Part shown: piece after piece, positions 45,313 to 55,254 of the stretch | Position numbering within the stretch: position 1 is the first letter of the stretch | Layout of the letters: the number at the start of each line of letters is the position of its first letter | Source: an uncultured Candidatus Saccharibacteria bacterium | Lineage (GTDB): Bacteria > Patescibacteriota > Minisyncoccia > UBA6257 > Colwellbacteraceae | NCBI GenBank assembly: GCA_964559765.1 | Contig: CAZLHU010000001.1 | Span: 75,600-139,599, forward strand | DNA length: 64,000 nucleotides | Reading direction: 5' to 3' | Notes under the pieces: generated by a model | What the model saw: only the letters and a program-made list of their open reading frames with translations | Database searches by the model: none | What the model was told of the DNA's origin: nothing | Translations under genes and position numbers: made by a program

Positions 45313-45855
45313 ATTAAAAACATAGAAAACTTCATTCTAAATAACCAGATAGGCGCCAAAGAGCTTAGGGTAGTCGACGAAGCTGGGGGGAACCTCGGCG
45401 TTATTTCACGCGATGAAGCCATCCGCATGGCCAAAGAGAAGGGGCTCGACCTGGTCCTAATTGTCGCGCAGGCGAATCCGCCGGTGGCAAAGATCATCAA
45501 CTTCGACAAGTTCCGCTACGAGAAGGCTAAGGAGATGAGGAAGCAGAAAGCTGCGACAAAAGCTTTGGGGATGAAACAGATCCAGGTAAGCGTCCGTGAA
45601 GCCACGAACGATATGGCCCGCAAGGCGAAGAAGATCGATGAGTTCCTGGACGAGGGATATAAGATCGAAATACAGCTCACCCTCCGGGGCAGGGAGAAGG
45701 GTATGCAGGACTTTGCCCGGGGGAAATTCAACGACTTCCTCAAACTCATCGCCACTCCCTATAAACTGACCCAAAACATCCAGAAGGGGGCTCATGGTCT
45801 ATTAGTCCAACTAAGCAAGGACGCGCACCCCTCGGGAACGGAACAGAAGGTTTAA
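45313..45855 (+). CDS. infC: Translation initiation factor IF-3, probable ATT start
   Basis: The frame extends upstream of ATG 45427 through N..I.A.ELRVVD..G.NLGV to ATT 45313; GLDLV, PPVAKI and RGRE motifs. Confidence 0.92.
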   Translation: MKNIENFILNNQIGAKELRVVDEAGGNLGVISRDEAIRMAKEKGLDLVLIVAQANPPVAKIINFDKFRYEKAKEMRKQKAATKALGMKQIQVSVREATNDMARKAKKIDEFLDEGYKIEIQLTLRGREKGMQDFARGKFNDFLKLIATPYKLTQNIQKGAHGLLVQLSKDAHPSGTEQKV

Positions 45856-45912
45856 AAGGCTCAGACTCGACAAAAGAAACGCTTTACGCTATCATCACTG
45901 CCGTATTCCACC

Positions 45913-46092
45913 ATGACTAAAAGAGCTATAACCGATCGATTTCGGGTAACTAAAAATGGGAAAGTGTTGCGCAGGCCGATGGGCTTGGGCCACTCTCGTG
46001 CGAATAAGAACGGGGAAAGCATACGCGGCAAAAGGAAGAGCAGGGCTCTTTTGCCTATGGATTCCAAGAAGATCGCCAAGAAATACTTATAA
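45913..46092 (+). CDS. rpmI: 50S ribosomal protein bL35
   Basis: Not in the ORF track (59 aa). MTKRAITDRFRVTKNGKVLRR...H, located between infC and rplT. Confidence 0.88.
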   Translation: MTKRAITDRFRVTKNGKVLRRPMGLGHSRANKNGESIRGKRKSRALLPMDSKKIAKKYL

Positions 46093-46104
46093 TAAACACT
46101 TAAT

Positions 46105-46452
46105 ATGGCAAGGGTAAAAAGAGGCACAATCGCAGCCAAAAAGCGCCGCAAGGTTCTAAAATACACCAAAGGGTTCCGTTGGGGCCGCAAGTCTAAAGAG
46201 CGTGCTGCAAAAGAGGCTCTCCTTCACGCTTGGTCGCATGCCTTTAGGGGCCGTAAGGAGGAAAAGAGGGTCAATCGTACTGGTTGGCAGGCTAAGATCA
46301 ACGCGGCTGGTCGCATGGAGGGATTGCCTTATCGTGAGTTAATCCACATTCTAAAGACTAACGACGTCAAACTTGATCGCAAGATACTAGCCGATATAGC
46401 TGAGAACGAACCCGCCGTCTTTAAGAAGATTGTGGCGTCGCTGAAGAAGTAA
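46105..46452 (+). CDS. rplT: 50S ribosomal protein bL20
   Basis: MARVKRG, KGF and LDRKILA.IA motifs. Confidence 0.97.
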   Translation: MARVKRGTIAAKKRRKVLKYTKGFRWGRKSKERAAKEALLHAWSHAFRGRKEEKRVNRTGWQAKINAAGRMEGLPYRELIHILKTNDVKLDRKILADIAENEPAVFKKIVASLKK

Positions 46453-46939
46453 CGCCCACTCTGGGGTGTGAGATAAAATTGTAAGCGCGTTTTATGACCG
46501 ATTCGTTTTCGCGGTAGGTATTTAGCAGCCGCAAAGCATCTTTATACTTGAACCATCCGAAGCCCTCGTGCTCTTCGGATATTTTTATATTTCTCTCTTT
46601 AGTCTCGGCAAGGTAGAAAATGACCGTCTTAGAAACTCTCGTTTTATCTTTATTGAAAAGGTAACGCTCATGGGCTTTAAACCCCCTCTTAAATTTAAGG
46701 TCGCTTTCCTTTAATCCGGTTTCCTCGCATGTCTCGCGTACGGCAGCCCTAAAACTCGTCTCTATCACTGGAGGGGCATTGTCGCTTCCGGATTTTAGCA
46801 GTTCGAGGTGTCCTTTCGGGAAATTCCAATAACGCCCGCCGTGATATAGCAGTAAAAACTTGGGACCCTCGTTGGTGCGACGATACACTACTATGCCGGC
46901 AGACACCTCATGACTTACCGCTTGTTGGGTTGGTTGCAT
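46421..46939 (-). CDS. NUDIX hydrolase (Ap4A-hydrolase-like)
   Basis: SAG.V, W.FPKGH, AA.RE..EETGL and S.EH..F.W motifs. Confidence 0.88.
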   Translation of the reverse strand: MQPTQQAVSHEVSAGIVVYRRTNEGPKFLLLYHGGRYWNFPKGHLELLKSGSDNAPPVIETSFRAAVRETCEETGLKESDLKFKRGFKAHERYLFNKDKTRVSKTVIFYLAETKERNIKISEEHEGFGWFKYKDALRLLNTYRENESVIKRAYNFISHPRVGVTSSATPQSS

Positions 46940-46942
46940 TGA

Positions 46943-48679
46943 TTATGACTTTAACATTTTTATCATCTTCTCTAGCGGCCAGGCATTCACAACATCGCTG
47001 CGCTTAGCCCATCCTCGACGGGCTTGGGCTACGCCGTAGCCTACGAATTGTAGATGAGCTACAGCGTGAGCGTCAGAATCAATGGCAAACTTAACCCCGG
47101 CTTCAGCCGCTTTTCTTATATATTCGTCCTTAAGGTCAAGTCGATCAGGTATGCCGTCTATCTCTAAGACGGTATTTGTCTCCTTAGCCACTTTGATGAC
47201 CCTGTCTATATCTATATTGATAGGTTCGCGCTTATTAATCAACCTACCGGTTGGGTGGAAAACTATATCGACGTTCGGATTACGCATCGCCCTTTCTAAT
47301 CTCGCTGTCTGTTCTTTAATAGGCATATCGAAGAATGAGTGGATCGACACCCCTACGATGTCCAATTTAGCCAACGCTTCGTCGGATATATCCAATGTGC
47401 CGTCTTTCAATATGTCACACTCAGTACCTTTCAATATAGTGATGCGGCCCTTTAATTTCTTATTTATTCTATCTATCTCCAATCCTTGTTTGGCCAATCC
47501 CTTCTCATCCAGGCCGTGAGCCATGGCGAGCCTCTTGGTATGGTCTGTTATTGCTATGTATTTATGTCCGAGCTTCTCCGCAGCTAGGGCCATTTCCTCT
47601 ATTGAGTTTGCGCCATCGGTCCAGTTAGATTGGACCTGAAGATCGCCGACCACATCCCGATAGCCTATCAATTTGGGAAGTTTGTGCTTCCTGGCTAGCT
47701 CCAATTCTCCCGTATCCTCGCGCATTTCCGGCGGCACATATTCCAAGCCTAGTTTGTTATATATATCCTCCTCTGTCCGGCTCGCTATATTGATCCATTC
47801 GTCCTTGCCCCTGCCCTTGCGGAATAGTCCGTACTCATTAAGTTTCCAGCCCCTGCTTTGGGCCATTTCACGCATGGCAACGTTATGCGCCTTGGAACCG
47901 GTGAAATAGGCCAATGCGGCGCCATACGACTCTGCTGGGACGACCCTAAGATCCACGTCCATCCCATTACTCAGGCGAACTGAAGACTTTGTGTTCCCTT
48001 GCGCAACTATCTCTACGACGTCGGGCTGGGAAACGAATCTATCCATGACGACCTTGGGATTTGCTGATATCACAAGAAAGTCTAGGTCCCCTACGGTTTC
48101 TTTTTGGCGCCTGAAAGATCCGGCGACATCCACCTTAGACACGCCAGGCACGTTGCTCATGCTCTTTTGTATGGATAGGACCAGATCAGCCGCCTCACCC
48201 AAAGGGAAGCGTCCCGAGTGCCGGCGATAGGCCTCGATGCCCTTTATAATTTTCTCCTCTGACTTCGCTCCGAAACCGGAGAGCTTGCTAATCTGTTTAT
48301 TTTTTAACGCCTTCTCCAATCCCTTCAAATCCCTTACTCCAAGCTCCCTATATAACAATTGAATTGTTTTTGGCCCCAATCCTTCTATGTTTGAAAGCTC
48401 GGAAATATTGACCGGGTGCTTCTTTTTTAGGTCCTCATAATATTTCAATCTGCCCGTCTTCAGGAGCTCCTCTATCTTCTCGGCGATGGAAACCCCGACC
48501 CCGGGCACGTCCTCGAGCGCTTTGAGACCCCCGCGCTTATATAGCTCAGATAGGTCCTCTTCTAGATTCGATATAGCCTCGGCCGCACGGTCGTATGCCC
48601 TAGGCTTGAAAGCCACCCCCTCCATCTCCAAAAAACTTGCTATGGCTGATAGAGTTTTGGCGACTTCGGAGTTCCTCAT
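46943..48679 (-). CDS. polX: DNA polymerase X with PHP domain
   Basis: HhH motifs, AGSFRR.KET.GDLD, YFTGSK.HN, LNEYGL, ITDH, HPTGR and SDAH. Confidence 0.95.
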   Translation of the reverse strand: MRNSEVAKTLSAIASFLEMEGVAFKPRAYDRAAEAISNLEEDLSELYKRGGLKALEDVPGVGVSIAEKIEELLKTGRLKYYEDLKKKHPVNISELSNIEGLGPKTIQLLYRELGVRDLKGLEKALKNKQISKLSGFGAKSEEKIIKGIEAYRRHSGRFPLGEAADLVLSIQKSMSNVPGVSKVDVAGSFRRQKETVGDLDFLVISANPKVVMDRFVSQPDVVEIVAQGNTKSSVRLSNGMDVDLRVVPAESYGAALAYFTGSKAHNVAMREMAQSRGWKLNEYGLFRKGRGKDEWINIASRTEEDIYNKLGLEYVPPEMREDTGELELARKHKLPKLIGYRDVVGDLQVQSNWTDGANSIEEMALAAEKLGHKYIAITDHTKRLAMAHGLDEKGLAKQGLEIDRINKKLKGRITILKGTECDILKDGTLDISDEALAKLDIVGVSIHSFFDMPIKEQTARLERAMRNPNVDIVFHPTGRLINKREPINIDIDRVIKVAKETNTVLEIDGIPDRLDLKDEYIRKAAEAGVKFAIDSDAHAVAHLQFVGYGVAQARRGWAKRSDVVNAWPLEKMIKMLKS

Positions 48680-48684
48680 TGAAC

Positions 48685-51183
48685 CTATTGCTTATCAAAC
48701 CTTATTTTATCGCCATCAACCGTAGCCGAAATCACAGTTCCTCGGTCGAATGACATCGATAATATCATCTCGGAAAGCGGTCCCCGCAATTTTTCAGATA
48801 TAACCTCCCTCAATGGCCTTGCACCAAACACTGGGTCATACCCCCATTCGGCTAATTTGGATAATGTCTCCTGCGGAACGTTTAGCTCAATGTCTTTTTC
48901 GCTCTTCAACGTATCCCTTAACTCGTTTATCTGGAATCGGGCTATATTTACTATGTCCTCTTCACTCAAACTGCGAAAGACTATCACATTCATACGGTTA
49001 AGCAACTCTGGATGGAAAACGTCGGTCAGTTTATCCTTGAACTCTCCGGTTATATCCTCCATTGTCCGTCCTTGAGCCAGCTCACTCTTAATAAAATCCG
49101 AGTGGGCATTGGAAGTCGCGATGATTATCGTATTTTGGAAACTCACCGTACGGCCGAGATTGTCGGTCAGCCGGCCGTCGTCGAAGACCTGCAGGAAAAG
49201 ATTAAGTATGTCCGGGCTGGCCTTTTCGAACTCATCCAGCAGCACGAGGCTATATGGATGTTCTATCACTGCGTCGGTGAGAAGTCCGTTCACCGCACCG
49301 TCCGGCGAGCCGATCAGTCTCATAGCGCTTCCCTTGTCCTGGTATTCAGACATGTCGAAACGCACCATTGCATTCTCAGACCCAAACTGGACCCTAGCCA
49401 ATATTTTGGACAGTTCCGTTTTACCTACGCCGGTCGGTCCGACGAATAGGAATGAGCTTATAGGCCCGCCCTTCCGCATGATGCCGCTGCGGTATTCGCG
49501 GAGAGCCCGCGACACCGATCTTACAGCTATCTCCTGGTCCACGAAGTGCTCATGAATTATGTCCTCGAGGTGCAGTAGCTGCTCCCTCTCCGCCTTGCCG
49601 GCTTGATGGATAGGGACTCTTGCCCGCTTTTCGGCTACCTTGGCGACGTCTTCGCTGACGATAGATTTCTGCCCGTTTCGACTGGCCTCTGTAAGAGCCT
49701 CCTTAAGAAGGTCGTCGGCAGAAGCCGGCAATAGTTTCGTCCTGAAGTATCTCTTGGCTAACTGGACCGCGCTCTTTATCGCCGCGTAAGTTATGGTGAC
49801 ATGATATATTTTCTCGAGGATGATGCTGTCGTAGACCATTATCCGCTCAGCTTGGTCCTCACTCACCTCCTCTACTGGTATCTCCTGGAATGCGCTGGAA
49901 AATACGCTATCGGTCTCGATGAGTTGTTTGTATTCCTTAGGATATGTCGTACCGATCGTCGGAAAATCATTGGAGATGACCAACGGCAGTAAAGTATTGG
50001 CTGCGGAAAGCTCCCTGGAGGCTGATGTGCGAGACAGGTCGTGGATGCCCGGTATGTAAAGGATTATATTCCCCGCCGCCTCTATCTCGCTGAATACTGT
50101 TTTTATGCGGCGCTGCAGTTCCCCTTGGTCAGCTCCCGACACCAATGCATTTATATCGATGGCAACCAGCCTTTTGTCGAACAGCGGCGCCGGAACTTCG
50201 TCCCTGTCGATCATGTATGCCAGATGGGAGATCAGGGTTTCCTTGCCGACGCCCGGATCGCCTATCAGTAGGGCGTTTGGTTTATTCGGCCGCGAGATGG
50301 TATTGATCAGTCTTTCATATTCTTTCTCATGGCCGATCAGGAAACCTATTTTGTCCGCCCTCGCCATGTCGGTAAGGTCGGAGCTTATCTTATCCAAAGC
50401 CGGCGTGGGTCTTGCTGTCCAAGCGCGGTTCATAAAGCGATGCTTCACCCGATAGGAGTGCCCGGCAAATCCACCCAAGCTCGACGGCATACGCGTAGTA
50501 TGTGGTAATGATTTAAAACGGCCGAAAATTAAAGCTTTTTCCAGGTCATCCGGCGCTACTTGGAATAGATCGAAGAGCTTTGCTATGTCTGGGTCGCCTA
50601 CGGAAGACATGCCGGCAAATAGGTCGGCTGGATTTATTTCGTCCGTCTGTCCGGCCAGAGCCTGGCTCATGGCAGCCACAGCAAGATCCTCTCCGAGCTT
50701 TGCCAATTGAACTCGGGTATATTTTACCGATGTGCTTTTGCTTAGATGTTCCATGAGCTTGGAATTGAACTCGTCCGGCGAGATGTCGAGACGACGTAAG
50801 GCCTCTTTGACCTCATTCCTCGATACTAGATCTTTGCTCAAATGCAGATAGGGATGCCCTCCGAAAATCTGGGCGCGACTGAACGCCGCGAGCATCAGAC
50901 CCATGGCCTGCGGACTCATGTATTCCGCTGCATTGACGTCCCCTGTTTTGGGCGACTTAAATAAAGACCTTTCAGATTGATTGCGATGGATAAAGCGGTC
51001 GGCCAGATAAAGCAGCAACAATGCGCCGGTTGATTTCATCCACGCCTCTCCGGACAGCAGGAAAACAATCGCCCCCACAGTCAGAACCACCATCCAAACA
51101 TAGATGATTATATTCAGGATAGTTCTGGTCGACGGCGACATGGCCAACCTCGGATCTTTAAATTGGATATTAAGTGATGGCAT
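48685..51183 (-). CDS. Membrane-anchored Clp/Hsp100 AAA+ ATPase
   Basis: Two N-terminal TMs; D1 GDPGVGK; D2 GPTGVGKT, LLDEFEKA, DDGRLTD and GARPL. Confidence 0.88.
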   Translation of the reverse strand: MPSLNIQFKDPRLAMSPSTRTILNIIIYVWMVVLTVGAIVFLLSGEAWMKSTGALLLLYLADRFIHRNQSERSLFKSPKTGDVNAAEYMSPQAMGLMLAAFSRAQIFGGHPYLHLSKDLVSRNEVKEALRRLDISPDEFNSKLMEHLSKSTSVKYTRVQLAKLGEDLAVAAMSQALAGQTDEINPADLFAGMSSVGDPDIAKLFDLFQVAPDDLEKALIFGRFKSLPHTTRMPSSLGGFAGHSYRVKHRFMNRAWTARPTPALDKISSDLTDMARADKIGFLIGHEKEYERLINTISRPNKPNALLIGDPGVGKETLISHLAYMIDRDEVPAPLFDKRLVAIDINALVSGADQGELQRRIKTVFSEIEAAGNIILYIPGIHDLSRTSASRELSAANTLLPLVISNDFPTIGTTYPKEYKQLIETDSVFSSAFQEIPVEEVSEDQAERIMVYDSIILEKIYHVTITYAAIKSAVQLAKRYFRTKLLPASADDLLKEALTEASRNGQKSIVSEDVAKVAEKRARVPIHQAGKAEREQLLHLEDIIHEHFVDQEIAVRSVSRALREYRSGIMRKGGPISSFLFVGPTGVGKTELSKILARVQFGSENAMVRFDMSEYQDKGSAMRLIGSPDGAVNGLLTDAVIEHPYSLVLLDEFEKASPDILNLFLQVFDDGRLTDNLGRTVSFQNTIIIATSNAHSDFIKSELAQGRTMEDITGEFKDKLTDVFHPELLNRMNVIVFRSLSEEDIVNIARFQINELRDTLKSEKDIELNVPQETLSKLAEWGYDPVFGARPLREVISEKLRGPLSEMILSMSFDRGTVISATVDGDKIRFDKQ

Positions 51184-51523
51184 GGTTTGTAAATGCGCCA
51201 TAAATCAATATAAGTGGTATGGCTGCCCACAATAGATATACCGCTACGAAAATCACCGCTATGACAAAATAAATCACGAAAGCCACGACAACCCGGATGG
51301 CGCGGAATATAAATCCTAGAATATGTCCGGCGAAAGACCTATCTTGATACAGCGGCTCGAACATATGATGCAAAGTAACCCTTAGGGCCAAGGATCGATC
51401 CAGATATCCGAATACGCCCAATGCTCTATGCGTCAGCACTAAAAAACCGCCTACGTACCAATCGCGCAAGAATTGGGCCAATCGATTTAAAAAACGCGTG
51501 GCGAGATAAAGCACGCTTGTCAT
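51170..51523 (-). CDS. Small membrane protein coupled to the Clp ATPase gene
   Basis: F...WY, F.PLYQD....G.I.GF.FR, then a long TM; its stop overlaps the Clp start. Confidence 0.75.
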   Translation of the reverse strand: MTSVLYLATRFLNRLAQFLRDWYVGGFLVLTHRALGVFGYLDRSLALRVTLHHMFEPLYQDRSFAGHILGFIFRAIRVVVAFVIYFVIAVIFVAVYLLWAAIPLILIYGAFTNHAIT

Positions 51524-51626
51524 AGCTAGATTATAGCACTTGCCGCGCTACATAATCTCCTCAGCTATTTGTTGTACAATACCTCATATAGCGTCCCGCA
51601 AGTAAACCCATCGGCCAAAATCATAA

Positions 51627-52247
51627 ATGGACAAGGAAACTTTATTAAATGACCTAAGAGAGGAGATATCCTCGGATAAATCGCTTCCGCTTAGCGAATC
51701 CAACTTGGTGTTCGGAGAAGGTGACCCGGATACCGAGGTAATATTTATAGGGGAGGCGCCGGGCTTTTATGAAGACCGCGAAGGGAGGCCTTTCGTCGGC
51801 CGAGCAGGCAAATTGCTGGACGAGCTTCTTAAGGAAATAGAATGGAAACGCGACAGCGTTTATATAACGAATATCGTAAAGCGCCGCCCGCCCGAAAATC
51901 GCGATCCATTGCCCGAGGAAGTGGCTGCATATTATCCATATCTCAGAAAGCAGATCGATATAATAAACCCGAAACTCATACTTCCGTTGGGAAGATTTTC
52001 AATGAATGTATTCCTTCCGGACGCCAAGATATCCCGCGATCAAGGCAAAGTGTTCAGGAAGGGTAATTGGATAATAGTTCCGCTGTACCATCCCGCTGCA
52101 GCTCTTAGATCGACCGCCGTCTTAAACGATCTTCGCAACGCTTTCAGCAAACTGCCGGTGATCAAGAATAAGCTGCCCGACCTCTTAAGAAATAGAGTCG
52201 AACCCTCTGTTGTCGAGCACCCCTCTCATCAGGATAAATTGATTTAA
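51627..52247 (+). CDS. Uracil-DNA glycosylase, family 4
   Basis: VFGEG, GEAPG..ED..GRPFVG.AG, RPP.NR and HPAA motifs. Confidence 0.92.
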   Translation: MDKETLLNDLREEISSDKSLPLSESNLVFGEGDPDTEVIFIGEAPGFYEDREGRPFVGRAGKLLDELLKEIEWKRDSVYITNIVKRRPPENRDPLPEEVAAYYPYLRKQIDIINPKLILPLGRFSMNVFLPDAKISRDQGKVFRKGNWIIVPLYHPAAALRSTAVLNDLRNAFSKLPVIKNKLPDLLRNRVEPSVVEHPSHQDKLI

Positions 52248-53923
52248 GATAGGTCTCCCAGAAACTGCATATGGTGGCGCCTGAACTCTTCAAGCTGCTC
52301 AAAATTGTGATCCTTTAGGATAAGGCGGGCCAACTCTTCCCCGCCGACCAAGTGCGGCATGATGACATAATCAGCCCCAAGGGAATAAAGCCGGCGGCCG
52401 CCGCTCTCGTCATCGGCGGTTAGAATCACCCTCGCTTTGGGATTTTCCTTCCTTACCGCTTGCAATATAGCTTCGTTGTCGCGCAAATCCGGCACGGTCG
52501 AGATGATGACTCTGGCTTTCTTCAGGTCAGCTATTTCCTGGATATCTTGATCCGTTATGTCGCCGTAAATGACCGCCCTGCCCTGATCGCGCAGCTCTTT
52601 GACTATCACTGGGTCAAAATCTATCGTCAATACCCTTCCGCCGGACGCCTCCAATGCCTTCAAAATAGTCCTACCCATTCTATGAGCTCCGATCAGGATG
52701 ACGTGGTTTATGAACTTCTCCTGCGGGACCTCTTCTTCCGGCCGAGTTATTTTACGTTCGGTAAGTTTCAAGACTGGTCTGAGCAATTTATAAAGGTTGT
52801 CCGCATAAATTATCATGTAAGAGGAACAGAATATGGTTATCACCCCCACCATTATCACGAGCGACTCTTCGGCAGTAGTTATGTGTCCCAATTCTGCGCC
52901 CAACGTCACCAAAATCAGGCTGAACTCTGAGATCTGAGACATAGTTATCCCGGCCAAGAACGATGTCCTGGAACGATATCCCAGCGCGATCATTATCGCG
53001 TAGACGACGATAGGGTTGACCACCAATACAAACAAAATAAGGAGGATGAGTGGCTTCAGGGCTATGGCGCTTGCGCTAAGCACCAGATTGGTGCCCAATC
53101 CAAAGAAGAACATCATTACGAAGAAATCTCGCAACGGCGACAGACGACTGCTGATCTGAAAATGCTCCGATGAGTTCGCGAGCGTAAGCCCAGCAAGAAG
53201 TCCACCCACTTCCACCGACAAGCCGATTAGGGGCGACGCCGCAAGTAGGGCTATTCCCAAAGCCCAAGCGATGCTGAACAGATATAGCAGTTCTTGGGAG
53301 TGGCCTATGAGATCCAATAATTTCGGAAGATATCTGGACAGAAGTATCAGGATCGCGGCTAGTACTATGCCCTTTACCAGGCTTAAACCCAAAGACAACA
53401 GGGCTATGCCCTTGTCTGGGACCCCGGAAGATAGAATAAGCAGGGCTACCATGGCTATGAGATCCTGTATTATGAGAACCCCGACGACTATTCTGCCATA
53501 AAGACTTTTAAGGTCCTTCTTCTCGGATAGGAGCTTGACCACGATGATTGTCGACGAAAACGTCAGCGCGGCCGCTATGTAGATCGAGGGCAAAACCGCA
53601 AATCCCAGGGAGTGGCTCAAAAGAAAGCCTATGCCGAAAGTTATCAAAACCTGCCCCAATCCTATTAGGATAACGTGCGCCCCTATCCGTTTTAACTCTC
53701 TCAGGTCTAGATCTAGTCCGACTATAAATAGCAGCAGGGCTATCCCTAGTGATGACAGGCTTCCGATCACATTTGTATCTATGTGTATCGAGCGGGATAC
53801 GCTGCCTACTATTAGGCCGGCAGCTATGAAACCTATCAATGCAGGTTGCTTTAACAAATGGGCGAATATACCCAGGGCTGCGGCGAATATTATCGATAGC
53901 GCTATTTCCGTAAAAAGAGTCAT
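52244..53923 (-). CDS. Kef-type cation:proton antiporter with TrkA-N domain
   Basis: FSST.IV.K.L, IIQD, SQISEFS and YGD motifs; about 13 TMs. Confidence 0.9.
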   Translation of the reverse strand: MTLFTEIALSIIFAAALGIFAHLLKQPALIGFIAAGLIVGSVSRSIHIDTNVIGSLSSLGIALLLFIVGLDLDLRELKRIGAHVILIGLGQVLITFGIGFLLSHSLGFAVLPSIYIAAALTFSSTIIVVKLLSEKKDLKSLYGRIVVGVLIIQDLIAMVALLILSSGVPDKGIALLSLGLSLVKGIVLAAILILLSRYLPKLLDLIGHSQELLYLFSIAWALGIALLAASPLIGLSVEVGGLLAGLTLANSSEHFQISSRLSPLRDFFVMMFFFGLGTNLVLSASAIALKPLILLILFVLVVNPIVVYAIMIALGYRSRTSFLAGITMSQISEFSLILVTLGAELGHITTAEESLVIMVGVITIFCSSYMIIYADNLYKLLRPVLKLTERKITRPEEEVPQEKFINHVILIGAHRMGRTILKALEASGGRVLTIDFDPVIVKELRDQGRAVIYGDITDQDIQEIADLKKARVIISTVPDLRDNEAILQAVRKENPKARVILTADDESGGRRLYSLGADYVIMPHLVGGEELARLILKDHNFEQLEEFRRHHMQFLGDLS

Positions 53924-54006
53924 TAGATTCCTATCAATAATATCACGGCGCAGGACGATTTACCCTTAAAAAGTGGGTTGATTCGGAGAATTGCGTTTTA
54001 TTTTTA

Positions 54007-55251
54007 CTACTCGTAACGTAGGGATTCTATCGGGCTCTTTCGCGCGGCTTGCCGTGCGGGATAAATCCCGAAGACTAGTCCTGTGATTGTTGATACCGCG
54101 ACGCCTAATAAGACCGCCGATAGCGGAAATTCAAATGTCCAGCCAGTTGAAAGCACGTGGGAAAGTATTAGATAGGCTAATCCCGCGAATATCGCCCCCA
54201 CTGTTATGCCGATCACTCCCCCTAGGAAAGTGATCACTACGGCCTCAACCATGAATTGCTGCATGATATCTTTATTGGTCGCCCCAACAGCCTTCCTTAA
54301 GCCTATCTCCTTGGTTCTTTCAGTCACAGATACAAGCATTATGTTCATTATCCCTATGCCGCCGACAATGAGGGATATCGAGGCTATCGCCGCCAGGAAA
54401 AGGGTCATTATCGAGGTCACATTGCCCAACAACGATAATAGGTCCTGCTCCGTCTCGATCGTAAAGTCGTCTTTGGTGGGATCTGTGATTTTATGATCTT
54501 GCTCCAACACCGACTCGATCCGGCTCTGAACGAAGGTTGGATTGTAGGCTGAGTTAGCCTGGACTATGACCTCGCTCAGATAGTTAATCCCCAACAGCTG
54601 TTCCTGAGCCACGGTTATAGGTATTACCACCACGTCATCCTCCTCGGCGCCGAACGATCCAGTGCCCTGATTGCTTAGCACGCCGACGACACGGAATTCT
54701 ACGTTACCCAGAGGCATGTATTGGTTTATAGGGTCCACGTTTCCGAAAATAGTCGTCGCTATACCCGAGCCAATCACTGCGACGTGGTTAAGGGCATCGA
54801 CGTCGTTTTGGTTAAATTGCCGACCCTCCTTGGTTGGAAAATTAACCACGCTGAAAAAGTTCGCGGTCACGCCGACATATGCGGCATTAAGACTATTGTC
54901 GCCGTACACCGCCGGTGCTTGTCCCTTCACCGCCGATACGATCTGAGAGACGGACGGTTCCCGGCCCAAAGCATCGACATCTGCCTGCACAAGCGTCTTA
55001 GTGACGATTCCTGCCACGGAGGATGGGGTCGAGTTCTTGCCGCTGATTGTCCCTCCTGGCAGGATAATTACAAGATTGGAACCAACGCCCTGGACCTGGC
55101 TTATAATCAAATCCTGCGCCGATTGACCGATTGACATGAGAATGATTACTGAAGCAATACCTATAACTATCCCCAGCATTGTTAACGCAGACCGCATTTT
55201 TCCGTGATGAATGCTATCGAAAGCTGAATTAAAGGAATCTTTTATACGCAT
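54007..55251 (-). CDS. MacB-type ABC transporter permease
   Basis: RS.LT.LGI.IG and GGIGIMNIMLVSVTERTKEIG.RKA.GA motifs. Confidence 0.94.
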   Translation of the reverse strand: MRIKDSFNSAFDSIHHGKMRSALTMLGIVIGIASVIILMSIGQSAQDLIISQVQGVGSNLVIILPGGTISGKNSTPSSVAGIVTKTLVQADVDALGREPSVSQIVSAVKGQAPAVYGDNSLNAAYVGVTANFFSVVNFPTKEGRQFNQNDVDALNHVAVIGSGIATTIFGNVDPINQYMPLGNVEFRVVGVLSNQGTGSFGAEEDDVVVIPITVAQEQLLGINYLSEVIVQANSAYNPTFVQSRIESVLEQDHKITDPTKDDFTIETEQDLLSLLGNVTSIMTLFLAAIASISLIVGGIGIMNIMLVSVTERTKEIGLRKAVGATNKDIMQQFMVEAVVITFLGGVIGITVGAIFAGLAYLILSHVLSTGWTFEFPLSAVLLGVAVSTITGLVFGIYPARQAARKSPIESLRYE

Positions 55252-55254
55252 GGC

